Source: Mizuhopecten yessoensis
Lineage: Eukaryota
Direction: 5' to 3'
Assembly (NCBI RefSeq): GCF_002113885.1
Contig: NW_018408021.1
Location: 943,873 to 1,007,872, forward strand
DNA: 64,000 nt
This document shows positions 40,142-53,489 of the stretch, one piece after another (within the stretch, counting starts at the first letter, position 1; every line of letters begins with the position of its first letter). The translations under genes were made by a program, and so were the position numbers. The notes below the pieces were generated by a model. The model had not been told where the DNA came from and did no database searches. It worked only from the letters and a program-made list of their open reading frames with translations.

Positions 40142-40232
40142 TTAACTCATTCACCCCTGAATACATATTTAAACTCTTCCAATTCAAAGGTTGGAACAGT
40201 TCTTTATGAAATTTCAGGGATGAATGAGTTAA
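40142..40232 (+). mobile_element. MITE family B copy
   Basis: Same TIRs and TTAA ends as 5491..5581. Confidence 0.8.
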
Positions 40233-41559
40233 ATGAAAGTGTGCTATCCACTCCGCCACCCGACTTCACACATGCTTTCCTTCACGTGATAGAAGACATC
40301 AGATGGTCTAACATATGAATTCTATCTGATCTTGCTTTTCATGTCTGCTGGTGATTTTCAAATAAATTTCGTTTCATGTCGGGGTCTCACTCAATTTTCG
40401 TTTGTTTTATTTTTGTGAGAGAAATTTGAGTTTGCGACTATTGAATTCTGCGTTGACACTGTTGCTTAATTTACATTTATTACGTACCTATTGAATATGA
40501 CCAGAGTACTGCATGTGTTTAGCTAGTGTGCGATACCAAACCTTATTCCCCATACGAGTAATTGGCAATGTTGGTGGTAGTTATCGGTTGATCAGACCAA
40601 AAGCTTGAATCATGTCCGGATATTTAACCGCAATCTTATGTTATGATAATGTGACGTCATTATTCCTTTCGGCGTTATATCGTTATTTAACATAAATGAT
40701 GACGAAACAATTGTAGGTATGAAGTAAAAGTAAAACTACCCATACCACATATGACCACGTGTACATTTATGTAAGTCTAACTTTGAAAAAAACAGTAATT
40801 TTGTACATTTCCGGGACGTCCGAGAAAGTCATAATTTGTCGTTGTTTCCTATATACAAGAGGTCCTACAGAAGAAAATGTGTTTCATCGGATACAGGGAT
40901 GTAACGGGGTAGTTACACATCCCCCTCCCCCACAGAGTATCGAGATTTCTTTAAATCAGCTGATTGACTTTTAAGTGCTCTATCAAGTTTAACATTTTAA
41001 AATTTGCATATATATCCCCTCCAAGGCCGTGGCTACATCCCTGAACCTCATTTTCAATTTTCACAATACACATTTTTCCCAAGCTTTGGCCTTGCAAATA
41101 CTTTATATCCGCAAACCTGCATTTCCACGCTTGATGGATCGGCATTTCAATAGTAAATGCATATTGCGTTTAAGATCAAACAATATGCATATTATCAGTT
41201 GGCAAATTGTCAAAACACTGAGACATAAGTGAACGCTCTACAAACATTACATCACTCCTAAACACTTATGTAGCTTGCTGAAGTAAAACATGGCGTTAAT
41301 GCACTAAGGACCACATCACGAGTGAAGAAATTACATTTTGCAAACTGGAAATTCACAGTATTTGCTGGGTTTTTTATTCAGAATTTCATTTTCTCTTCCT
41401 GCTCTGTCCTCATTAGAGTTGCTAGACCTTTTTTTTATACGAAGATATCAAAGCCGAAACAGGTTCGTTATATGAATAGACCGAGACAGATTTTTGTATT
41501 AAATTGGCTGTGTTTATTAACAGTCAGGAGAAAAGCTTTACATCTCTGTTTAACACATT

Positions 41560-42110
41560 TGTGTATTGTCTATGCCCGATGCAAATATCCTTCAATCCTT
41601 GTTCAGATTGACTGACAGTGACTTCAAGTTTTGTCTGTGATAAGTCCTTTCGCGATGTGGATTTGTTTTTCTGTTTTCTTCTCCTACTGTTCCTTGCAAT
41701 CCCAATATGCCATGAATTGCAGATGCTGTTGGTTTTCCTATCATTTATGCCGTTTATGATCTCATCAACTTCGATCATATCTCCTCTGATCCGTCGATAG
41801 GCGAGTGTTGGCAATTCGTCTCTGGATACCTTCAGACTGTTCTATGCCCTTGCTTTTGAGCTGTCAAAGTCCAAATGGGTCCTTACCAGTGCTAATTACA
41901 TAGTGACAGAACATGTATTTGCATCCATGTAGTGGAACATTCCCATCACCCTGACAACCACAAAACAGTCTTTGTTCAGTGTTTCATTGAGATGGTGTTC
42001 ACATGAGAGTTTATAATCTTCATGTTGATATCTCTCTCCGATTCTGTTTGTACCAAGACTACGTTATTGATGTTAAAATCATTGGAATTCTTCCTTTGTA
42101 GTTTTCCTAA
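41560..42110 (-). mobile_element. CR1/L2-group LINE 3' relic
   Basis: Minus-strand LPTLAYRRIRGDMIEV..I.NG, the typical C-terminal ORF2 motif of CR1-group elements; otherwise decayed, boundaries approximate. Confidence 0.65.
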
Positions 42111-44050
42111 TATACATGTAGTCCCTCCGCCAATATGCAAAAAAGGAACCTGCATAATGGTTCGTATATAGTTATGGTGTTTAATATTTTTCAGATAGGT
42201 ATAATGTTAGGAAAAGGCGAGGTTGCAACTTTAAAAATACTTTGCCTGAAATAATTGATGGTGTGACTAGGGTTAGTTTGATGGCTATTTGTGTCGTTTG
42301 TAAGTATGTGTTTTCGCAAAAGTATTTATGTATTGTTCTGTGTGTTACCTAGTTCAGTCGAACTTCTTTTGATTATTGTACTTTCATTAGTATAAACCTT
42401 TTTGGCAGTGGCTATTACCCTTGTTACCAAATAAAAAAAATATTTTTTTGAATAAGCCACCCATGTTTATTTTATTGTGCATATTTTATTCTGATTGGAT
42501 GTAAATAATAGTAATTTTATATCTCTGCAGAGCTGAAACATGCGTGTATACGCACAAACTACACTAATGAATACAGAATCATGATTTTACATAGAACACG
42601 AATACCTGTTTGATTTCTTGACTACAGACATGTATCAACAATATTTATAACAGAATATCCTCGATATACGAGTTGTCTCTCTTTTTTAGAAACAAAATAT
42701 TTTCCGAGTCATGATGTAGCACATACAAATGAATGCAATTTGATATAATCGGACACATTCCTAAGTTAAAGGTACAACCACAAAACTACAAAAAAGGTTT
42801 TAAATGAGGATCTGATCAAATCGTGTCGGTTCCTGTAAGACCGTGTCATCATATCAACTCTCTATTGAATATCTGTTTACACCAAAATCTATCAACAAAT
42901 AGCGATTTTACTACATTTATCAATTGGTTGTGAGTTAAAATTGATTTCAAACAATTGGGCAGAAATATTTTAGATCATTCGATACCCATTGACAGGTACA
43001 CACTGTGGCTTTAACATGTTATATCTAACCGTATAACATAGTTTAAAAGCTTCTTGTTAACTTTGTTCTAAACTGGCCGGTTTAAGAAGGAGACAGTATT
43101 TACAACTTGCAACATGTGTTCCTGCTGAAGAATTATGGCATAATTTAAAGACACTCTAGATTCTTTATAAGATATTACATATGAGCAAGAACGTGATCAC
43201 ACAGATATTTATTTACTGTATTTAGATGATGACAAACATTGTTGTGAGTTTAAAATGAAATCGTAGTGCCTAACATGTAAAAGCTGTCTTGCACCTGGTT
43301 TTGTGTTCAGGATAAAGTACAACAGTTCATACAATTTCATCGAAGGAATGTTGGAGGCTTTCCCTTTAAATGTCCGTTATAGTTCCGCCGTCAAACATAT
43401 GTTAGCTGCTGGGGTACCTGAACTAACAGGTGAGAGCTAACATATGGACAATGTGTATCGTGTACGGAGGTCTGTGATTGGTCCCCCTGTAACGGGTGTA
43501 TTATCTACCTACCGTTACCAATAGAGCTTGACGGCCGTATGATGATACTATGCTAATAAACGCAGACGTGAAGTTTGATTGCAATAAAACCTGCAAAATG
43601 TACGACAACACATCTGCAGCACAACCAATCTAATCTTGACATTCTCAATTTTAAAAATGTCTTTGTGAAATTTGTTGAAATTCACATACAAATATATTTA
43701 CATGTATAGATTGTAAGCGCTAACTAGCACTCTTTTATTACGCATAGAAAATGTAGAGGCGATAGTTCTGTCTGTGTTTGTTTATTCACTTTGCTGTTGT
43801 ATGTATGTAACATATATAGGTATCACAGAAGTTTGTTTGCATTTACTACACATATTGTCATGCTTGCTTGAATTCACAGGTTTTCTTGCATATAATATAT
43901 ATAAACTTTCCTACATGAGTACACAATTATATATATATATAATAGAGAGGTTTGCTGTCCAACATCCTCATACTGTACGGAGCTCCTTGTAACGTGTACG
44001 GCAATGACATCATCAGACGGTGTTGGTATGAAAACCTTGCTACAAAAAAC

Positions 44051-44545
44051 ACGCTTCCCTGCAGGTAGGGCGTAAGAATTGTACCTGCTGCCCCCATTGC
44101 ATGATCGTAAGAGGGGACTAAATTTGGGAACTTATCTTTTCTCTTCCTTCTAAACAACCTTCTTCCTCCTATTGTCTCTGTTGACAATGCCTCACTTTTG
44201 GCCTTTAGCTGAGCGTTCGCCCCTGTGAGGAAGGCTTTGGGTTCTGTCCCTTGGCCCTTAACGCTCAGCAATTTAGGAGTGGGGCGACTGGTTCGCCCGT
44301 TGTCAGTATAATGTGACCGGGCGGGATGTCCTGCTGGATGTTTTCGGCAGTATGTTTCAGTGAGGTAGCACTATAAAGTCAGTATCAGTTCTGCGCTATC
44401 ACAAGGAGACGAACACGAACATATCGCAGCCTTCCAAAACACACAAGCATACACTACACGCATGCATCTTGCACACAGGGGAGGCCGTTCTTAAATGACC
44501 ATAGCTGTTGATAGGACGTTAAACAATACTATACCAAACCAAATT
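44051..44545 (+). mobile_element. Composite Meta-type SINE: structured 5' module, decayed tRNA-like segment, Meta-like core, ACCAA tail
   Basis: Decayed tRNA-like part GGCCTTTAGCTGAGCGTTCGCC...GGGTTC..CCC (~44200..44256); core GTCAGTATAATGTGACCGG...TTCAGTGAGGTAGCACTATAAAG; tail GCTGTTGATAGGACGTTAAAC...ACCAAACCAAA. Confidence 0.7.
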
Positions 44546-45074
44546 GCAACTTCATCTATCAGTGTGTTGTCAGTCACCATCATCCCTATACTTAAAAATT
44601 GGCTGTGTAACAGGTCATATTTATAGTTGGCAAATTGTCAAAATTCTGCAGTTAAACGACCAAGACAAGTACATGTGAAAAACCGGGTTTACCACTTAAA
44701 GTTACATCAACAATATAATCAATATCTAGAACATTTATCTTCTTACAAAATGAAAATCCACACGTTTCGCCCGTGCTAAAAATAACGACAGCGCACATAA
44801 GTACTTGTAGTTAGATGAGTGGAAATTTTATAATAAGGCTGAACGTTTACAGAGTGTGTCCCATATCTGTGTTTATGTGAAGTTTAAAATACACACGCAT
44901 ACATATGATTATCAGCACGTATATTCATTTCCCTCATTTGTAAACAAGTAACATGCTTATAAATGTTTGGGTGCCACTATCACTACACAAAGTTCTATTA
45001 TTGGAATATAATTCCAACAGCCGTCTTTGTACGCTAGACGGTTTGTATTGCTTTTGCAAGCTTTTAATACTGCA

Positions 45075-46117
45075 TGATTCCCGGTTAGTCAGTTCTCACA
45101 TTCCCTGTTAGCTGGTACTTACATTCCCGGTTAGACGGTACTTACATTCCTGGTTAGCTGGTACTTACATTCCTGGTTAGACGGTCCTTACATTCCTGGT
45201 TAACTGCTACCTACATTCCTGGCTAGCTGGTACTTACATTCCAGGTTAGCTGGTACTTACGTTCCTTGTAAGCTGGTACTTACATTCCCGAGGGGAGGCC
45301 GTTCTTAAATGAGGTTAGAAGGTTCTTACATTCCCGGTTAGAAGGTACTTACATTCCCGGTTAGCTGATACTTACATTCCCGGTTAGACGGTACTTACAT
45401 TCCCGGTTAGCTGGTACTTACATTCCTGGTTAGACGGTACTTACATTTCCGGTTAGCTGGTAATTACATTCCAGGTTAAATGGTTCTCACATTCCCGGTT
45501 AGACGGTTCTCACATTCCTGGTTAGCTGGTACTTACATTCCCGGTTAGACGGTACTTACATTCCTGGTTAGCTGGTACTTACATTCCTGGTTAGACGGTC
45601 CTTACATTCCTGGTTAACTGCTACCTACATTCCTGGTTAGCTGGTACTTACATTCCCGGTTAGCTGGTACTTACGTTCCCGGTTAGCTGGTACTTACATT
45701 CCTGGTTAGACGGTACTTACATTCCTGGTTAGCTGGTTCTTACATTCCTGGTTAGCTGGTACTTACATTCCCGGTTAGCTGGTACTTACATTCCTGGTTA
45801 GCTGGTACTTACATTCCCGGTTAGCTGGTACTTACATTCCTGGTTAAACGGTTCTTACATTCCCGGTAATCTGGTACTTAAATTCCCGGTTAGCTGGTAC
45901 TTAATTCCTGGTTAGCTGGTACTTACATTCCTAGTTAGACGGTTCTTACATTCCCGGTTAGACGGTTCTTACATTCCCGGTTAGACAGTACTTACAATCC
46001 CGGTTAGACAGTACTTACAATCCCGGTTAGACGGTTCTTACATTCCCGGTTAGACGGTACTTACATTCCTGGTTAGACGGTACTTAATTCCTGATTAGCT
46101 GGTACTTACATTCCCGA
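45075..46117. repeat. 23-bp minisatellite (CCYGGTTAGCTGGTACTTACATT)n
   Basis: Roughly 44 direct units, interrupted once at 45291..45312. Confidence 0.93.
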
Positions 46118-46337
46118 CTCATTCTGAGGTTGATTTCCAGTTGGTACAAACATTTGCGGTAAGGTGGTTATACATGTACATGTACTAACTGGTACTAACG
46201 TTCGAGGTAAGCTGGTACGTGTGACTGTTAAAATATATCAATTTGTTGTATTAACACGGGTGTTTCCACTGTTTACAAACAAAAGTTGACGATTTAAGGT
46301 TATTGGTAAAGGTATATACGATGGCCTCCGATGGCCC

Positions 46338-46428
46338 TTAACTCATTCATCCCCGAAGACACATTTTAACTCCTCCATTTCAAAGGTTGGAATAGTTCAT
46401 AATGAAATTTCAGGGGTGAATGAGTTAA
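46338..46428 (+). mobile_element. MITE family B copy
   Basis: Same TIRs and TTAA ends as 5491..5581. Confidence 0.8.
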
Positions 46429-48245
46429 CAAAGATATATTACGTTGTCTAGGGACGATTCAGTCCTGTCTTTGGCCGCGACAGATAAACAAAAAATAAAA
46501 GGTAGCTATCTTAAATCAATTATATTCGTAATATTTGATATATTTTCGAAAGACATTGTATTTCTTACAACTATTGATGGACATGGTTTCTGGTTCATGG
46601 GATTAGTATCTCTACATGCTATGCATGGATCCAGAGTAAATGTTGATATTATGTATCTATATTTTATGTATTAGTAAAAAGACTACCTACTGGTTTCAAC
46701 ACAATGGTAAGAAATACCATATCACATTTGGTCAATTTATATACAATAGACTTCCTATTTGTATTAAAAGAGAATTATTAATGCTATGAATAGTACGCGT
46801 TTTATCTGTGTAATCGAACTGCCTGACGCGGACGTACAACCATTCAAACAAATCAACAACACTCCGTATTATAGTAAGGATACTCCAGCTGTGACATTGA
46901 TTGGTATCCAGGATGTCGTATCGCAATCTCAACTCTTTATTTAGTTTAAAGATAACATTTCACCCTACTTTATTACCGTGTTATAAACTTCACACGATTA
47001 CTGTCGGTTTACAATTTCATCTCTGTGGCATGTTTTGACAAAATTTAGTGTCTTGTGAAGCATAAGCGCCATAAACAATTTTTAAAAACGTAGGACACTA
47101 AGGTCGTTTGACTCTTATAACTTGATTGAATTACACAGACGGAAGCATTGCATTAACTATGTTCCCTTTAGTTGACCCTGGATGACGAAACGTGTGTGAA
47201 ATATACCTGCTATCTAAGCAATGTGTTGTCAAGCGGAAGTTTGCGATTATGTCGCATATCAAAGATGCCAAGGAAACGCAGACAGCGGCATCGATAAACT
47301 AGGATTACTCGTTATTCTGTACTTTGTAACGGTGGAAATGCATTCAATAAAAAAAGAAGATCAAAGGTTATCAAATTTAAAATAAATATGATGTTATGCG
47401 AGTATCATCCCATGCATTGAAATGCAAATGTGGACTGGTTAGTTATTTTCGCGATTTCTAGAACACTTCTAAATCATAACGAACATTTTATTCCTTACAA
47501 CCTTCGCTAACATACTTACAACTTTACCCCACCCAACTGATAATACTAACAATACTTGTCTAATAATTCTCAACAATGTACGAATTTCTATGTTTCGTTA
47601 TGAAATTGAAAATACTACTGCAAGAATGCAAAGCGGCACAGATCAGTATATTTGAAATATCAAGTAGCTTGTAACGACAATAATGTTATGAGAATCATCA
47701 AATCATAAATACTGCAAAAGCATAAGATATGACTAAACTGGTATCATCTCCATCCCGTATACCGTAACCTCGATAATCAGAGTTAGCCTTTTGACTAGTG
47801 GTATCATTCATAATATACACACTAAATTCATCATTCAGTTGTAATAAACCTGTACTCCTGTAATTGTTAAATTTCAGAAAATAAAGGGGTTTTCACATGT
47901 TCTTTGTTAATCCTTTAACTGAAATCAAATAAAATCACAAATTTATATAGAAGAGCATATCTTGGAACAATGAAATACCAATTAAAAATAAATACAACAA
48001 ACATATTTTTTATACTTTTATTTTGTCACACCAATAAATGAATGAAGTGGTATAAAAACAACACTCTGTATAATCAAAAGAATCATATAGAATCGAGATA
48101 TTGCACACTAATCAAGAGGATGAAGCACCAATATTAAAGTCACACTGAATAAGAACATATTAAGCACATAGACTTCGCACTACATTAGGTATCTACTCAG
48201 CATCTAATTGCTCACATTTTGCAAACAGTCCGTTCACTCAGGTAT

Positions 48246-49427
48246 TTAGCTGAAAAATGGAACAAGTCCATAATCTGCCGGTATTTCTACGGAACAGGAA
48301 CCATAAACGGAAAGTGGCACAGAAAGGTCCTTGTCCGTCACGTGCCATGTACAGTTCTCGGGCGAATACACGTACACGGTTTTCAACACGTTGTCGTCAT
48401 TTGGAGTTTTTCCACCAGCAAAGAAGATACCTTCTCTTTCAGCAAACATGGCAAAGTTTGTGCAGCACACAGGCATGTTTGTACAGATGACGTGCTGATC
48501 TGAAGCTGGATCATACGACACAAGACGCCCATTACCGCACGTGACAAAAATCTTTCCCTCGCGCACAACCGCCTGGCCTCCTGATACCGGAAACGGGAGA
48601 CTGGCCAGAATTTTGCTTGTCTTTGTTTTGGGGTCGAACATCTGAACAATGGACGTTTCTTTACCCATGTCTAATATTCCCCCGAACACGTAAATCTGGC
48701 TGTTATGTATTACAGCTGTAGCACTGCGGACACCTATTTCTAGATTTCCCACTGTCTTCCAGGAATGGCGTTTTGGCGCGAATTCCTCAACGGTGCGAAT
48801 TGTCTCCCCTTTGCTACATTGCCCTCCCAACACATAGAGTTTGTTCTGAACACACGTCATACAGTGGTGAGATCTTCCCTTCACTAGTCTTTTTGAGCAC
48901 TTTTTCCTCTTGTTCATAACAATGTCACAATGGTATACGTCTCCCGAACATTTCCCGCCTCCAGACACGTACACGTGAGGCGCGTCATAACCATTGTCTT
49001 GTAAACAACACACTGCACATCCTACACCGACATTAGAAAGTTCTGGTATCCGACAGGTTTTCTGAAAATTCTTTCTGCAATCATACAGATGGAGGTCAAG
49101 AGGCCGAGATGACCGATCTTCTCTGTTTCCAGTAAACATTAACTGGTAGCGAGAGGCTTCATTTCTCGACCTCGGCTCTAAACTGAGGCGGCGGCACATA
49201 TTATTATTTCTTAGAAAGTTTTCACATTCATATTGTAATTTTTCATGATGAAGTGTCCTCGATATTTCGAGATATTGTTGAACGTTTGCAGAATTAATAC
49301 ACTCTTTGTGACTGAAACAACCTTCACAGAAATAGGCGGCAAGGTGCTTCTTCGATTCCGGGTCGAGACATTCATGAATGAGGTTTGGATAAAGGCTGTT
49401 CGATGCGTTATGCTTCTGGCACTCCAT
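48246..49427 (-). CDS. Kelch-repeat beta-propeller protein (KLHL-like) with truncated BTB remnant; intronless CDS
   Basis: Kelch blades HVYVSGG, KLYVLGG...VEEFAPKRHSW, QIYVFGG...VQMFDPKT, KIFVTCG...YDPASD, IFFAGG...YSPENCTW. Acceptor at 49526-49525 is followed by an in-frame stop before the ATG, so the ATG at 49427 is the start; a likely 5'UTR exon donor lies at 50039. Confidence 0.88.
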   Translation of the reverse strand: MECQKHNASNSLYPNLIHECLDPESKKHLAAYFCEGCFSHKECINSANVQQYLEISRTLHHEKLQYECENFLRNNNMCRRLSLEPRSRNEASRYQLMFTGNREDRSSRPLDLHLYDCRKNFQKTCRIPELSNVGVGCAVCCLQDNGYDAPHVYVSGGGKCSGDVYHCDIVMNKRKKCSKRLVKGRSHHCMTCVQNKLYVLGGQCSKGETIRTVEEFAPKRHSWKTVGNLEIGVRSATAVIHNSQIYVFGGILDMGKETSIVQMFDPKTKTSKILASLPFPVSGGQAVVREGKIFVTCGNGRLVSYDPASDQHVICTNMPVCCTNFAMFAEREGIFFAGGKTPNDDNVLKTVYVYSPENCTWHVTDKDLSVPLSVYGSCSVEIPADYGLVPFFS

Positions 49428-52400
49428 TGCGTGCGATGTAATGGTGAACGTTCGTAGCCAAGATTTTTCGTCGCTGTGTGGTCATTCCACACTATCTCCT
49501 TGTGTGGTTCGTTCTGTTTAGGACCTGGAGTAAACAAACAAGAGTATTATGTTAAGGACATACTTCCCCTCCAGAACACATCCTACAGGAAGCAGGCAGT
49601 TAACACAGTGTTTAGATTAAGTGGATGTACAACACTAACTCTATTATAATGTCCAGTTATAATACACTAGTTTGTGTCTCGAGAACGGGAAGTTTTGTAT
49701 AATTTATCTTCCTGTGTAGACGATCCACGCTTAAAACTCTGTCCCCACCACTCATGATAACACACACAAAGACAAATCGATATAACAAACGGCTACGCAA
49801 CGTGGCTCGAATCTTTTTAATATGTTTTTGATATAAAACATTAAATTACATTTGTTAAGAAATACTGTAACATATGAATGTTGACTACCTTGCTCATGTC
49901 TAAGTACTAGACGTATTGTTTTAATACAAAGCCTGTTGTTAAATTCGCCATACTCTGACGGAAAGTCATTGTCCCCAATGGACCACGAGGTATGAAATCG
50001 ATTCATGTATGAATCTGTAGCACAGATGAAGTGACTTACCTATTAAACGCCGTAGTACCTCGAGTCTGTTACATGTCAACTCCACTGTCCTGGAAGTAAG
50101 TTAGAAGTATTATTTACCTCGTTTTACTCGTGTAATACGGCCAACAAGCAGCTTCACGTTTAAAAATCCTTCCACTTTGATCAGTTTTAAATGCGGCACT
50201 GGTCTATTTTTACGGTACAGCGGGATTTCCCTCTTTGTTATCATCAATGCTATTATTAGATAGCATTACTACGTCGCTGTCGTTACCACAATTACATTAG
50301 CCAGGGCCTTGCTTTTTAATAGGTAACCCGCAGAACTCAGGCGTGTACGAACTCGATAAGGGTTTTATTTGGTATGCTACGAGTCGTTCAAATTTTACTA
50401 TCACTGTTGACCGTGTCCTGTTTTCAAACCCTTGTTATCTTAACGATTATTGAACTCAGTTTTTTCAAAATAATAATTTTTTAAAGAAAAAAACGGAAAT
50501 CCTTAAAAGAGTTTGTATTTTCAGGGTATCATTATCAATCTATAAATATGCAATTTTATTTTTATAATATGAACATTAAAAAACCCTGCATGCAAGATGA
50601 AACAGTTCACGTTTAGTTAAATATCAAGCTGTCTATCGAGGTAGGTATTGCATAGATGGGTTCATATCGGGGAAATACAAAGCCTTGTTAGGTGTGTATA
50701 ACCTTTGTACCAATCTACAATATATATATGCAGACGTATATGAATAAATATGAAAATAACAAATATGAACTGTTCTACATACAAACAATGAATACATTGA
50801 TTTATCTTGATATTAACACGGTTTGGAAACCTCTTCCACTGAATTTGTCATTGGTTAAGCTGACGATACTTTGTGCAATGTGTATTTGCTATTTGTTCGG
50901 CCATCCTTGATATGACCCGTACAGGTGTTATAACAAGGTTATCAGGGATAACTCATAACAATGGCAAGGAAGAAAACCGCAAGGCTGAAATCACATATTT
51001 AACATAGTATGGCGACTACTAATACAAGAGATGTTGTTTTAGGTTAAGAAAATTTTAAATACAATTGTGTTTAATCCATGCCATCAAAGCATGAATATAC
51101 TCTCTATTTAAACTAAAACCAATTTAAAGTATACATATACATGTGGGTGAAATGCATTGTTATACTTTTGCTTTGAGCGGTGACGTTACAACAATGATTT
51201 CATGTGACCTACTTTCGACTGTCAGACAAATCATTCATGACCTGGAACGTATACAAAAGTGTACGTCTATTATACGATTACGTACATTACTACAGAAACA
51301 TGTCAAATTATTTATCTGACAGCACAGCACCTATCCTCTGTGTGGGCAGATTTATTACGATGAAGTAAAATTAGTTAATATAGTAACATATCAAAGCATC
51401 GCACTCTGTTAGTGAGTCAGCGATTTGAAACAAAATTGCTTTCAATGTGTTGGACATTTACAATAATATCATTTTTAGAATTTAAATGGTAATATTATAT
51501 AAGGGGTCTACAATTTGTTATAGTCAATATGATTTGAAATAGATTGTTTTGAAATTGGCGAAATTCATTTGAAGAATGCAAAAAAATGAGAAAAAAATCC
51601 GTTAAAATAATAAACGACTACACATATACGTATGAAACTGACATTTTTACGTAAAATAATTATAACAATGTTCATTCTGTCTTCAAACAAACGACATTTT
51701 ATCTAGCACGGTTTATGTTTCTCTAATGCTATTGAAGAAACTAATACGAGTATAAACGTTGATTTCATGTAATACGAACTTACGTCATGCATTGACACGC
51801 AGGCTACACATTTACATAGGGTTCTTGTGAAGTCATTGTGAATGGCTAGATGTGACAATTTAACACAAAATTAGGAAGATGGTCATTTGATCTACTTTGG
51901 ACACATTTGTATTACAAACAGGTATTTTAGCCACACGAAATCCATGAGATATGACTTGTTGTATTTGTAATGTGCGAGTATGTGACATCCTACATGGAGC
52001 ATGTGTTAAACATATTTTCATGCGTAGAGGTATACACATTCACCCACGGTAGGACTTACCGGTGGACATGCTTCAGGGGAGAATCATATATATGTTTATC
52101 AGGTACACCGTCAGTGGCGGTACACAATGACAAACATATAATACAGTGGCTTAAATTACTTTATTATATTGCAAACTGCTGAATCACACTCTAAGTTAAA
52201 ATCAAGGTAAAATTCCATGGACTTGTACATATATATATACAAATTTATAAATAATTCGTTTTACATATCACAGGGAAAACCACTGTGATAGTCGATTTTG
52301 TCGTATGATTTTAGTCTGCATATTTGTTTCAGAAAAAAAAAGTTGAAACTGTTGTACTAATCACAAGTCAGTTCTGTTATATTCTGAAAAAAACACTTTT

Positions 52401-53489
52401 TTAGTCGTGTTAAAACATGTTCTAATGGAAAGTTGATATGCAAATTAGAATTAAATATTCGCGTATCAACCGTGGCCGTTGGGTAACCCGATATATGTGT
52501 GTATACGAAGTTTTGATGGCTGTAATTTTCCATGAGGACGCTATGAGAGCGAATTTTTAAATTACATTTTGACAAATACAAGGGAAAATACAAATCTACG
52601 AGGTTCCTCATTCCAAGAAGTTTGAATCAATTTGACTAATTGAAAATCACACGGAAGTTTTCCTACACATATAAAAATGAGAAATATACATACGAGAATG
52701 ATTATGCTTTATATAAAGTTAAAATTCTGGGTCCAAAGCGAATTATTCAACCTTGTCAGTCCAAAGAGAAAATTGAAAGATGTATATTTTATATTGACTT
52801 GAATGTACTGGAGAAAAATATTCAAGTGGCTGACACGCTTTTCTTATTCATTTACGCAATGATATCATTTAGCAAAAATCTCAAAAACCTCGTGGAAATC
52901 ACAAAGGGGGTGGGGGTGGGGTATGATAAAGAAAAGGCACACAAAATAAATCGATGCTATAGTGAAACACATATTAGTCGCCTCTTATAATCCTGAATTG
53001 AATAATACGAGTCATTCCTATCTTTCCGCCCACCCCTCACAATTTATGGCTAGGTCCCGGAGAAACATACCAATCAGTTTGCAGGAAAGTTTTGGTTTGT
53101 AGAGGCCAGACGCCACAGGAAGGACGGAAGGTTTCACGGAAGACACACATCCGTTTAGTACGACCCTTGTTATGATACTGCGTCATATGTACATGCATAT
53201 GCATTATCTACATGTACATACATTGTACGGATATGCAGCCCAGCACACATGTGGTCAATCGAAAATATTACATAGTACAATTCATATCAGATGTCATATG
53301 ATAATAACGTTTTTATCCCAGGGGAGTATTTCACATTATTTCATAGTTTAAGTATTGATCACATTATTTCATTTATTCAATTTTACAGTGATTCCTCGCA
53401 TTGATTAATAATAAAATGTTAAATAATAAAGTACTCAATTCAAGCCTTTTTAACAAAATGTGTACCTGTTACGTTTACTTAACACGTTG

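Noticed and set aside
42766-43369. Possible TTAA-flanked Kolobok-like element
   Set aside because: The inverted match extends only a few bases beyond TTAAAGG; no second copy in the window
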